Assembly (NCBI GenBank): GCA_965249715.1
Contig: CBDFMP010000048.1
Span: forward strand, 69,713 to 133,712
DNA from: Spirochaetota bacterium
GTDB taxonomy: Bacteria > Spirochaetota > UBA12135 > COTS27
Length of the DNA: 64,000 nt
Direction of reading: 5' to 3'
The translations under genes and the position numbers were made by a program. The first letter of the stretch is position 1, and each line of letters begins with the position of its first letter. This document shows, piece after piece, positions 10,193 through 18,655 of the stretch. Under the pieces are notes generated by a model. It had not been told where the DNA came from, made no database searches, and saw only the letters and a program-made list of their open reading frames with translations.

Positions 10193-10642
10193 TTATTTTG
10201 CGGTTGCCGATTGCGGTTCCAGCAGTTGGTTGAGTGTCGTATTTTTGTAAAATTCAATGAGCTTAGCATTAAGTTTTTGCATGGGGTGAGTGATATTGCA
10301 GAAGGATGAGTAGTTGCAATTATCGTCGTTAGCCGTGACGGTACAGCGCACAATGCCAAATGGTCCTTCTATTTTTTCAATAAGCTCATAAAGCGTGATG
10401 GAAGCAACAGGTTTAGCCAAAGAATAACCGCCTTTTGTGCCTTGTTTGGAATTGAGGATGCCTTTTTGGCATAAAATTTGGAAAGTCTTAGCGGCGTGCA
10501 TTTCAGGTATGCCGTAACGCTTAGCAATAGCCTTAACGGTGATGAGGTTATTGGGAATGGCCGTTCCATCCTGTTTGTTGGCATCAAGCAGGTGCTGCAA
10601 CATGATCAGCGAATATTCTATTCTGCGTGTTAACTGAAACAT
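10193..10642 (-). CDS. Rrf2-family transcriptional regulator (IscR/SufR-like), first gene of the suf cluster
   Basis: 149 aa with an N-terminal winged-HTH of Rrf2 type (RIEYSLIMLQHLL..GYSLAKP). A three-Cys stretch, CTVTANDDNCNYSSFC, is a possible Fe-S ligand site. Confidence 0.8.
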   Translation of the reverse strand: MFQLTRRIEYSLIMLQHLLDANKQDGTAIPNNLITVKAIAKRYGIPEMHAAKTFQILCQKGILNSKQGTKGGYSLAKPVASITLYELIEKIEGPFGIVRCTVTANDDNCNYSSFCNITHPMQKLNAKLIEFYKNTTLNQLLEPQSATAK

Positions 10643-11049
10643 GAAAATAAGCTACCTTTTAACATTTACGGATAATCCCGACCTTACAAATGAACGGATT
10701 TGTATACAGGACTTAATTTATCTTATTATAACATAAGCTGAAAAAATGTGTTAAATAATTAAAATGTAAGAAAAATTATTTTTATGATGACTTACCTGAT
10801 TGAGCTATTTTGAGTTATTGGAACTATTTGTGTGATGTGGGAGCTGTGCAGTTTTCTTGACAGTTGCCGAAGAACAGGTTAAAATATGCGGTGTAGTGGT
10901 GGCTTTTGTAAAGTGTCTAGGGTGCTGTTGTTATGTTAGAGCTATGGAAAAGCTAACGGCTGCAGCAGGAACAAAAAACAGTACGAAGAAATAAATATAC
11001 CCATGATAATGGGCTTAGTTTTAAACTTAATGTTATCAGGAAAATAATA

Positions 11050-11358
11050 ATGCCTAATTTAAAAGCAAGTATAGTCGGGCTCAGAAAACAACGCAAGCAA
11101 GCTGCCTATAATAAGGGTGTGCGTTCGCGAATACGCACGGCATTGCGTAAGTTGGTACTGTTGCTCAAGGACAAACAAAAGCCGACAATCGAGCAGCTGG
11201 CAACCATTCGCAAACGGCTCAGTCTCTTTTATAAACTGAGCGATAAAGCAACACGGAAAGGCGTCATCAAAAAAAATACAGTGGCGCGGCACAAGTCTGC
11301 TTTAGCAAAACATGTGCAGAAAGTAGAGCTTGCTGTAATGCCCAATTCCACTTCTTGA
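11050..11358 (+). CDS. rpsT: 30S ribosomal protein S20
   Basis: 102-aa basic ORF with an S20-like N-terminus (MPNLKAS..RKQRKQAAYNKGVRSRIRT). Confidence 0.85.
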   Translation: MPNLKASIVGLRKQRKQAAYNKGVRSRIRTALRKLVLLLKDKQKPTIEQLATIRKRLSLFYKLSDKATRKGVIKKNTVARHKSALAKHVQKVELAVMPNSTS

Positions 11359-11584
11359 CCACCAGCTGAGCAGGCGGCTGCCTACTATTAAATTATTAAA
11401 TTGTTAAATTGTCAAACTATTATATTGGCAAAAATTTATAACATTTTCTGAGCTTAGTGTTTTTGAAGCAGTTCAGCAAAGCTTGATTGCCGTGGTGTCT
11501 CAGTTATTTTCAATGTAGTGTTGCTTTTGTGTCATTGGATATTGTCAAGATGAGGTGTTTCATTTTTTATTGATTCACGCGAAG

Positions 11585-12202
11585 ATGAAGTTACTTTTTT
11601 TACTGAGTATCCCAGCTATTTCAGCATTTATTGGCTGGTTGACAAATTATTTTGCTATTAAAATGCTGTTTTATCCGCGTGAACCCGTTAATCTCGTTTT
11701 TTTTAAATTACAAGGGATATTTCCTAAGCGGCAACGGGCCTTGGCGCGCCAGCTGGGTGATGTTATTGCACGCGAACTCTTAAAAATTGATGATATTGTG
11801 GCGGCAATTGCTAATAACACCGAACTCAATGATGAGTTGCAGCGTACGACAGAAGCTTACATCGATGATTTTATTGAAAACCGACTGCTCGCAAAAATCC
11901 CAATGGCAAAAATGTTTATTAACGATGCCATGATAACATCGCTGAAAACAAGCTTTTTTGCCGATTGGGAACAGTTTATGGCAAACATTAAGACCACATT
12001 GGTGACACGTCTTGAGAAAGATTTGAATATCAAGCGATTGATTCAGGAGAAAGTACAAGGATTTTCATCAGACAAACTGGAAGAAATTATGATGGCTATT
12101 TTAAAAAAAGAATTTCGTTTTGTCGAACTAATCGGCGCTGTATTGGGGTTTCTGATAGGGTGTCTCCAGTTGGTAATCGCCAACTTTTACACAATGCTTT
12201 AA
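11585..12202 (+). CDS. DUF445-family membrane protein
   Basis: N-terminal TM segment plus the string FIGWLTNYFAIKMLFYPREP typical of DUF445, and a C-terminal TM. ATG at 11585; the track starts at GTG 11555. Confidence 0.65.
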   Translation: MKLLFLLSIPAISAFIGWLTNYFAIKMLFYPREPVNLVFFKLQGIFPKRQRALARQLGDVIARELLKIDDIVAAIANNTELNDELQRTTEAYIDDFIENRLLAKIPMAKMFINDAMITSLKTSFFADWEQFMANIKTTLVTRLEKDLNIKRLIQEKVQGFSSDKLEEIMMAILKKEFRFVELIGAVLGFLIGCLQLVIANFYTML

Positions 12203-12233
12203 CGGCAGCTAGCGGCTCAGGTTGACCAGCTCT

Positions 12234-14051
12234 ATGACCCCGCGCGGCTCTCCCGTGAGAGCTGCCCGTTACATTGTAGTGACGGGCGGTGTTATCTCTG
12301 GTTTAGGCAAGGGGGTGCTCACAGCTTCCTTAGGGGCGCTCTTCGTCAGTCAATATCGCGTCGTTTGCATTAAATGCGACGGCTATCTGAATGCCGATCC
12401 CGGTACGATGAACCCCATTGAACACGGCGAGGTTTATGTTTTAGACGATGGCGCCGAAGTGGACATGGACTTTGGCCATTATGAGCGCATCATCGGCGTA
12501 CGCGCAAAACGCGATTGGAACATTACGATGGGCAAGGTTTATCAACAGCTCCTGGAGAATGAACGACGCGGACGTTATTTGGGCAAGACGGTACAGCTCA
12601 TCCCGCATGCAACCAATGAAATTAAGGAGCGAATTTATACCATTGCCCGCAAAGAAGCAGCGGATATTGTTTTTATTGAGATTGGTGGAACAATTGGCGA
12701 TTTAGAGAATGAGCTTTTTATTGAAGCTATTCGGCAAATTAGAAGCGAAGTGCCCGCAGATAATATTCTTTTTGCACATCTTACTTATGTTCCCATTGTG
12801 GAGGGAAGCCGCGAACTCAAGTCAAAACCCACGCAGACATCGGTTAAGATTCTTAATCGTTCAGGGATTTACCCGGATATTATCTTTTGCCGCAGTGATC
12901 GCGCCATTACTCAGGAAATCCGAGATAAGATCTCGTTATATTGCAATGTCAAGACCGAAGCCGTCATCTCCAATATTAATATGGCGGATATAAACTTGCT
13001 GCCGGAACATTTTCAGGCGCAAGGCGTGACAAAGTTAATTGAGGACAAATTCAAGTTAAGTGTGCCCGGGATTTCTGCTGACAGACAAAAACGCCTGCAA
13101 ACCTTGAAAAAACTGCTGGCGCTCAAACACCGCACAGCGACGGCGACGGCGGCGGCGGGAGTGATGGTGCGGTTGGCTATTTGTGGAAAATATACGCGCT
13201 TGGAAGATTCTTATGCCAGTGTGCGCGAAGCTATTCTTCATGCGGCGGTGCATGTTACGGAAAAGTTAGGCATCGTCGTTTGCCCACAGGTTGTGTTTTG
13301 CGATGTTGCTAAATTGGCTGCGGTACAAACCGCTTCAGTGGGGAATGAGCTGCAAGTCGATGAGGCAATGATGGCGCCATTTGCCGGTTTAATTATCCCC
13401 GGCGGATTTGGTGTCCGCGGCTTGGAGGAGAAGATAACAATTATTCGTTATGCACGTGAGCACAACTTGCCGTTTATGGGTATTTGCCTGGGTATGCAAT
13501 TAGCGGTGATAGAATATGCGCGGCATGTTTGTCAGTTGGCAGGCGCCGGCACGGAAGAGGTACAGCGTGAGCAATTAAAAAATTCTGTACAGGCACAACA
13601 ACAGGCTGCGGCTGCGGCTGCGGCTGCGTTTATTCCGGTCATTCATCTATTGGATGAGCAAAAGTACATTCAATTAGTGGGGGGAACCATGCGCCTTGGC
13701 GCGCGTCCTGTCCATTTGCGTCCGGGGACACAAATGTACGATTTATACGGACAACAGGCGATTATTCACGAACGTTTTCGCCACCGTTATGAGGTGAATG
13801 CAGCTTATGTTGAGAGTTTAGAAGCGGCGGGATTGGTTTTTTCCGGGACGGCACCGCCTGAAGATGGGATTATGCAGGTACTGGAGTTGCCGCAACATCC
13901 CTGTTTTATTGGCGGGCAATTTCATCCTGAGTTGAGCTCCACTTTGGATGTGCCTGCGCCGTTTTTTGTGCATTTTCTAACGGCTGCTGTGCGCGTGGCT
14001 CAGCAGCGGCAGCAAGCTGCGGCTGACGCGAAACTTTCTTCTGTAAAATAA
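12234..14051 (+). CDS. pyrG: CTP synthase with low-complexity insertions
   Basis: YIVVTGGVISGLGKG N-terminus and GATase Cys motif GICLGMQL. About 605 aa versus ~545 typical. Contains Ala-rich inserts including (GCTGCG)x4 at 13605-13628. Confidence 0.92.
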   Translation: MTPRGSPVRAARYIVVTGGVISGLGKGVLTASLGALFVSQYRVVCIKCDGYLNADPGTMNPIEHGEVYVLDDGAEVDMDFGHYERIIGVRAKRDWNITMGKVYQQLLENERRGRYLGKTVQLIPHATNEIKERIYTIARKEAADIVFIEIGGTIGDLENELFIEAIRQIRSEVPADNILFAHLTYVPIVEGSRELKSKPTQTSVKILNRSGIYPDIIFCRSDRAITQEIRDKISLYCNVKTEAVISNINMADINLLPEHFQAQGVTKLIEDKFKLSVPGISADRQKRLQTLKKLLALKHRTATATAAAGVMVRLAICGKYTRLEDSYASVREAILHAAVHVTEKLGIVVCPQVVFCDVAKLAAVQTASVGNELQVDEAMMAPFAGLIIPGGFGVRGLEEKITIIRYAREHNLPFMGICLGMQLAVIEYARHVCQLAGAGTEEVQREQLKNSVQAQQQAAAAAAAAFIPVIHLLDEQKYIQLVGGTMRLGARPVHLRPGTQMYDLYGQQAIIHERFRHRYEVNAAYVESLEAAGLVFSGTAPPEDGIMQVLELPQHPCFIGGQFHPELSSTLDVPAPFFVHFLTAAVRVAQQRQQAAADAKLSSVK

Positions 14052-14062
14052 TCAGAACTTTT

Positions 14063-14986
14063 ATGGTAAGACAGCTGCGCGTTTGGTTTGAGTTCACGCG
14101 GCCTAAGACACTTGTCGTAAGCATTTTGCCGCTTGTGGCTGCTGTGCCCATTGCTGCGTCAAGCCCGGTGTTTTCATTATGGCGCGGACTCTTATTCATG
14201 GCAACCGTGCTGACCTTACAAATTGCCTGTAATTTCACAAACGATTATTATGACCAGGCGCGCGGGAGCGATAACACTGAACGTCAGGGGCCTAAACGCG
14301 CTTTGCAGGCGAAGCTGCTTTCACGTGTACAAGTGCGGAGAGCCATCATCGGAAGTTTCGTATTAGCGGCTTTGTTGATCATTCTATTGGTGCTTTCCGT
14401 ACGCTTAGCCGCTGTTTGGAATGTTGCGGTTGGCGTGCTGGGTGCAGTGGCAATGGGCTGTGCTTTTTTTTATACAGGCGGTCCTTATCCGCTTGCCTAT
14501 AAAGGGCTGGGTGAGGTGACGGCTTTTATTTTTTTTGGCCCCGTGATTGTCTTGACAGCGCTTTTTTTTATGGGAAGCGCAGGTGGTGAATTTCAATTTA
14601 TGACTGAGCCTCTTGTGCTCTCAGGCGCTGCAGCACTTGCGTGCAGTTACGGTGCATTTGCATATATGCTTATTACCGTTAACAATCTTCGTGATATTGA
14701 TTCCGATAGGAAAAGCGGCAAACAAACATTGACGGTACGCCTGGGACAGAACTTTGCATACGTTTCACTGTACGGCAGCATTATCCTGATGGGATTGGCA
14801 CCCCTTATGTGGGGATTGGCTGTCAGCAATTTATGGTTGTTATTGCCTTCTGCAGTGGCAATGTTGGGGCTGGCAGCACTTGGCAAGGTGCTCAAACGTC
14901 CGCAACCTGCGCTTAATAAGCTGCTGGGGCACTTGAGTGCTTTTGTTTGTATTTACACTTTCGTGCTGGTGGTGGTGGTGTTTTAA
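14063..14986 (+). CDS. menA: 1,4-dihydroxy-2-naphthoate polyprenyltransferase (UbiA superfamily)
   Basis: 307-aa polytopic ORF with motifs NDYYDQARGSD and NNLRDIDSDRKSGKQTL. Confidence 0.8.
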   Translation: MVRQLRVWFEFTRPKTLVVSILPLVAAVPIAASSPVFSLWRGLLFMATVLTLQIACNFTNDYYDQARGSDNTERQGPKRALQAKLLSRVQVRRAIIGSFVLAALLIILLVLSVRLAAVWNVAVGVLGAVAMGCAFFYTGGPYPLAYKGLGEVTAFIFFGPVIVLTALFFMGSAGGEFQFMTEPLVLSGAAALACSYGAFAYMLITVNNLRDIDSDRKSGKQTLTVRLGQNFAYVSLYGSIILMGLAPLMWGLAVSNLWLLLPSAVAMLGLAALGKVLKRPQPALNKLLGHLSAFVCIYTFVLVVVVF

Positions 14987-15061
14987 CTACACCAGCCGCT
15001 AAGCAGCGAGTTGTTGTTTTAGCGGAATTTTGCAGGTAGTAGGCTGGGTTTTTGCTTTCGC

Positions 15062-16477
15062 TTATGTATTGAAGAATACTTTTTTGTTTTTGACGGAAAC
15101 AAGTAATCGCTCGCCTTCGATAACAACAACCTTTGCAAATATTTTTTCAATTTTTCTGATGATAAGCGGATCTATTGAAAATAACGAGAAAAGATATATT
15201 GTTTTAAATAATAGCTTACTGACAAATTCGTCTTTACTTTTATGCCTCAGAATTTTTTCAATGTGATGATGGTCCAAATGCTTAAAACTCATATTAAAAA
15301 CAATAAGGATTTTTTCATGGTTATCACTTAGTTCGGCATTGTTTATATAGATATGATCATTTGTGGAGAATTGAGAGAATGTCCCTGAAATAGCTACATT
15401 TTCTTCTGTGAACAGTTCTGAGAGAATTAAAGCAGCATCAGTCGGTTTAACTTTGGAAAAAAACATAGACAGCTTCTTATCTTCCAGAATGGCTTTATAA
15501 ACAGCTAAGCGTTCATCGGTTTCTTCATAAGCTTTGTGTCCTTTTTGAATGAAAGACATTTGCATGACGGCAGTAATGAGGTCGCCATCCTCAATAAGCA
15601 TTTCGCTGTAGTAATAACGAGCTTTTAAGGTTATGGAAGAATAATCATTGACGTATTTGCTGAGGCTGGAGCGAAAGAGTTTACTGGCATCGCTAAATTG
15701 ACCAAGCTCGCGGTGAGCAATGCCCATGATGGTTTGCACTTCTTCCAGTTTGGCATAATGATGGTCAATGGACTTGCCCACGCTGATGGCTTCCGGGTAG
15801 CGCTCAAGCTTAAAAAGAATACGGACTTCTTTATGGCGCAAGCGGCAGTACCCATACGCGTGTTGCTCACCATTGCTGTGTTTAAGGGCTTGTTGGATAT
15901 GCGCGAGGGCATTGATATAATCGTTATTAATACCGTGCGTATCGCTGAGGAGTTCGGCGAGGCGTATGTTTTGCTGATCTTGGCTAAAGGCTTCTTGTAA
16001 ATGCACCAAAGCGGCATCGTACTTTTTCATATTGAAATAACACTTGCCCGTTTCCATATTCGCGATTAAATGTTTGGGAGCGTGTTTAAGGATCTGCAGA
16101 TATTCCTGTAAAGCACTTTTGGATTTATCAATATTTTCGTAGATTTTCGCTTTTTTTAGATGGATATCCACTTTGCCATTGGGATGAAGGGTTTTCGCGA
16201 TATAAAGTTTTTTTTGAATGATTTCATTGAGGTGAAAGAGTGCCAGGTACCAATGTTTTTTCATGGTATGGGCTTCCCAATAGGCCAGATGTACTTCTAG
16301 CGTAGCTTTCTTTTTTTGTGGCAGGCCGTTAAGAATGGAGAGCGCTAAGTCGGCTTGTTCACTGCGTATGTAGCCATTGAATTTTTCCATTTCACGTGGA
16401 AAAATATAAGTATTGTAAATTAACGGATAGGAGAGAATGGCGCCAACGATACAAGATGCTAAGATTACGTAAAACAT
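15062..16477 (-). CDS. Membrane-anchored TPR-repeat protein with an unassigned C-terminal domain
   Basis: 471 aa. N-terminal TM (MFYVILASCIVGAILSYPLI) and repeated TPR-like A/Y/L patterns. I cannot assign the last ~130 aa. Confidence 0.6.
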   Translation of the reverse strand: MFYVILASCIVGAILSYPLIYNTYIFPREMEKFNGYIRSEQADLALSILNGLPQKKKATLEVHLAYWEAHTMKKHWYLALFHLNEIIQKKLYIAKTLHPNGKVDIHLKKAKIYENIDKSKSALQEYLQILKHAPKHLIANMETGKCYFNMKKYDAALVHLQEAFSQDQQNIRLAELLSDTHGINNDYINALAHIQQALKHSNGEQHAYGYCRLRHKEVRILFKLERYPEAISVGKSIDHHYAKLEEVQTIMGIAHRELGQFSDASKLFRSSLSKYVNDYSSITLKARYYYSEMLIEDGDLITAVMQMSFIQKGHKAYEETDERLAVYKAILEDKKLSMFFSKVKPTDAALILSELFTEENVAISGTFSQFSTNDHIYINNAELSDNHEKILIVFNMSFKHLDHHHIEKILRHKSKDEFVSKLLFKTIYLFSLFSIDPLIIRKIEKIFAKVVVIEGERLLVSVKNKKVFFNT

Positions 16478-16708
16478 AATAAATTCTTTCCTAAAAACCC
16501 CCTTAATCGCTTATTTGAAATATTACTTAATTTTCGGCTTAAAGCTAATAACTATCGTAGTATTTTCCTAAGCCTGAGTTTACCAAGCACCCCACAATTT
16601 AAATGCGGACTTTCGCTGGCGACGCAAAGCTACCTTTGCATCAGGCTATGCCGATTCCACCTCAGGTAAAAACAGATACTAGATGAACGGGGGATTGAAT
16701 GAGGAACT

Positions 16709-16736
16709 AAAACCAGTATAAACATTTACTGGTTTT
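16709..16736. other. 9-bp-stem hairpin in a 420-bp non-coding spacer
   Basis: aaaaccagt(16709-16717)/actggtttt(16728-16736) with a 10-nt loop. The only U-run lies within the stem itself. Confidence 0.3.
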
Positions 16737-16901
16737 AAATGGTCAACGGGAATAATGGATATGGTTCAGAAAATACTGAATAAGCTATAAATTCATAGAT
16801 TTAAAATAACACAGCAATACCTATGGTTGAAACTGACCCACGCTAATTATATTATTAATCTAGAATTTCAAGTGGATTTTTTTAGCTTATATTTTTTAGA
16901 A

Positions 16902-18332
16902 TTATGCGATGGTAAATTTTACTGTTTGCGTGACTTGCTTAAAAATAGCTTCATTGGCTGCAAGTGTTTTAGCGCAGATGAGCACATTACCGGCTTTCAT
17001 AAGGTTATTTTGCGGTTTATGTACAGTATCACCTTTTTTAATGTGGATGAATAATGCGGCGACGCCTTGAATATTGGCGGCATTGGCAACGCCGCTTATG
17101 TCCATGACCATGCCCGGTTCGGTAATTAGTGCGCGTTCACAGACAATAGGACGTTTAGCAGGCTCCCAAGCTTCCAGGCTGCTGGGTTTGATGCCAAAAC
17201 TAGTCTCAAGCAATGCCTGCATTAAGTTGCAGCCCAAATGCAGCGGCGTTGTCCAACCGGACATGTAGCCACCGGAAAGCCGCGCCGCTACTTCGCCAAT
17301 ATAGGCTTTGCCGCGATAAATGCGAAGATCGCCCTTAGCAGCGCCATTTTCGATGCCCAGTGCCAGAATAGCTTGTTTGAACAGCGCGCAGGCTGCTTGT
17401 TGCTGCACTGCGGAAATGTTGCTGGGCGGCAGCGTGTGCCCTGTTTCAACAAAATATGGCGGATAAGCGATGATCCGCTCAGCAATGCCGCGGATGAAAA
17501 TTTCGCCGTTATGGACAATGGCATCGATGGAAAGCTCTGGGCCTGGCAGGTATTCTTCTAAGATGAGGGCATTGCTGCGTGAAAATGCGAGGCTTTCCTG
17601 CAGCGACGTGGTGAGACTTGCGCGATTGTCTATGCGTTTGACGCCGCGGCTCCCCATGGAGTCTGCTGGTTTTAGCACCAATGGGTAGGATAACTGTTTT
17701 TCTATTTGCGGTACCAATTTTAACGCACTGCCCGCAGCCATGTTTTCCAATGCCATATACCGCGGCTGTGCCAGTCCCGCTGCCGCCAAACAGTTACGCA
17801 TAAGAATTTTATGACTTGCCGTACGCGCGTCGCTAAGGCTCAAAGTAGGGGGCGGTACGCTGATACCAGGAATGGGATTAGCATACAGCGATTTTAACGT
17901 TGCATTCAGCACGGCGACAGTGGGGGTGTAGTCGTTTCCTACGGTCACCGCACATTCCAAACGTCCCTGTGTATTGCTGGACGTTCCCTGTACCGTTGGT
18001 GCTTTATGGGCTGAAATTCGTCCTATTTCCACCGGCTGATTACGGGCGATCGTTTTATAGGCCTGGTGCGCGCCGCGCTCCAGGTGGTTCACCAGCGCAC
18101 GCCGTGCCGCTTCACGCTCGCCAATACTTGCAGGAATAAACTGTGCCTGCGGCACCAGCTGTACGCCCGGTGCTTGGGGATTCCTGTCCATCACGCATAC
18201 ATGCATATTATGTGCCTGGGCGCACAGGATGAGCGGCACTTGCATAATGCCGCCACCCACCACTAATATGCCCCTGCCAGACAATTTTGCATTATGGGGT
18301 TGTTTTGTGGCAGGTATGGTTGTCTTTAGCAT
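16902..18332 (-). CDS. ATP-grasp domain protein (carboxylate-amine ligase family, substrate unknown)
   Basis: 476 aa. N-terminal Rossmann-like GILVVGGGIMQVPLI..VCVMD and ATP-grasp-like core ..YPLVLKPADSMGSRGV...LILEEYLPGPELSIDA. Confidence 0.65.
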   Translation of the reverse strand: MLKTTIPATKQPHNAKLSGRGILVVGGGIMQVPLILCAQAHNMHVCVMDRNPQAPGVQLVPQAQFIPASIGEREAARRALVNHLERGAHQAYKTIARNQPVEIGRISAHKAPTVQGTSSNTQGRLECAVTVGNDYTPTVAVLNATLKSLYANPIPGISVPPPTLSLSDARTASHKILMRNCLAAAGLAQPRYMALENMAAGSALKLVPQIEKQLSYPLVLKPADSMGSRGVKRIDNRASLTTSLQESLAFSRSNALILEEYLPGPELSIDAIVHNGEIFIRGIAERIIAYPPYFVETGHTLPPSNISAVQQQAACALFKQAILALGIENGAAKGDLRIYRGKAYIGEVAARLSGGYMSGWTTPLHLGCNLMQALLETSFGIKPSSLEAWEPAKRPIVCERALITEPGMVMDISGVANAANIQGVAALFIHIKKGDTVHKPQNNLMKAGNVLICAKTLAANEAIFKQVTQTVKFTIA

Positions 18333-18367
18333 AAAAATATGACTGTTTCGTTAATTTGCTTGTTTAA

Positions 18368-18406
18368 ATTTAGTTTACTAATTTAGTTTACTAATTTAGT
18401 TTACTA
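18368..18406. repeat. Perfect 13-bp tandem repeat x3 (atttagtttacta)
   Basis: Read directly at 18368-18380, 18381-18393 and 18394-18406. Lies in the divergent intergenic region between the ATP-grasp gene and the secreted-protein gene. Confidence 0.9.
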
Positions 18407-18504
18407 AGCTTTCATATAAAACAAGGAATTATAAGCTATTTTTTATAATTTTATTGTTGATCGGCGTAATTTTTTTTTCAAGCTATTTTTTTTTTTTTTC
18501 ATAC

Positions 18505-18533
18505 TTGACAACATTTTTATTAAAGAGTATAAT
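18505..18533 (+). promoter_or_regulatory. Consensus sigma70-type promoter (TTGACA-17 nt-TATAAT) preceded by a T14 tract
   Basis: TTGACA at 18505-18510, a 17-nt spacer, then TATAAT at 18528-18533. T14 at 18486-18499 and T9 at 18470-18478 lie upstream. The ATG at 18656 is ~120 nt downstream. Confidence 0.6.
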
Positions 18534-18655
18534 TTTCTTTGTAAAGATATGTCTTGATGCTCTTACAGGGGTTCTACTCCACTTCTGTGTGAAAAACAAG
18601 ATAAAACTAAAAATTACAATTAATATTAAAATTAAATTAGCGAGAGGTACTTCTC

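Noticed and set aside
10643-11049. tRNA or small RNA gene, or an Rrf2 operator, in the suf-rpsT intergenic region
   Set aside because: No cloverleaf-compatible T-arm (GTTCGAATC-like) sequence and no convincing palindrome was found. Only a weak direct acggat repeat was seen, which is insufficient evidence.
15030-15266. 78-aa plus-strand ORF overlapping the 3' end of the TPR gene
   Set aside because: It is antisense to a longer ORF with coherent TPR structure, and its sequence is low-complexity Ser/Leu/Asn-rich.
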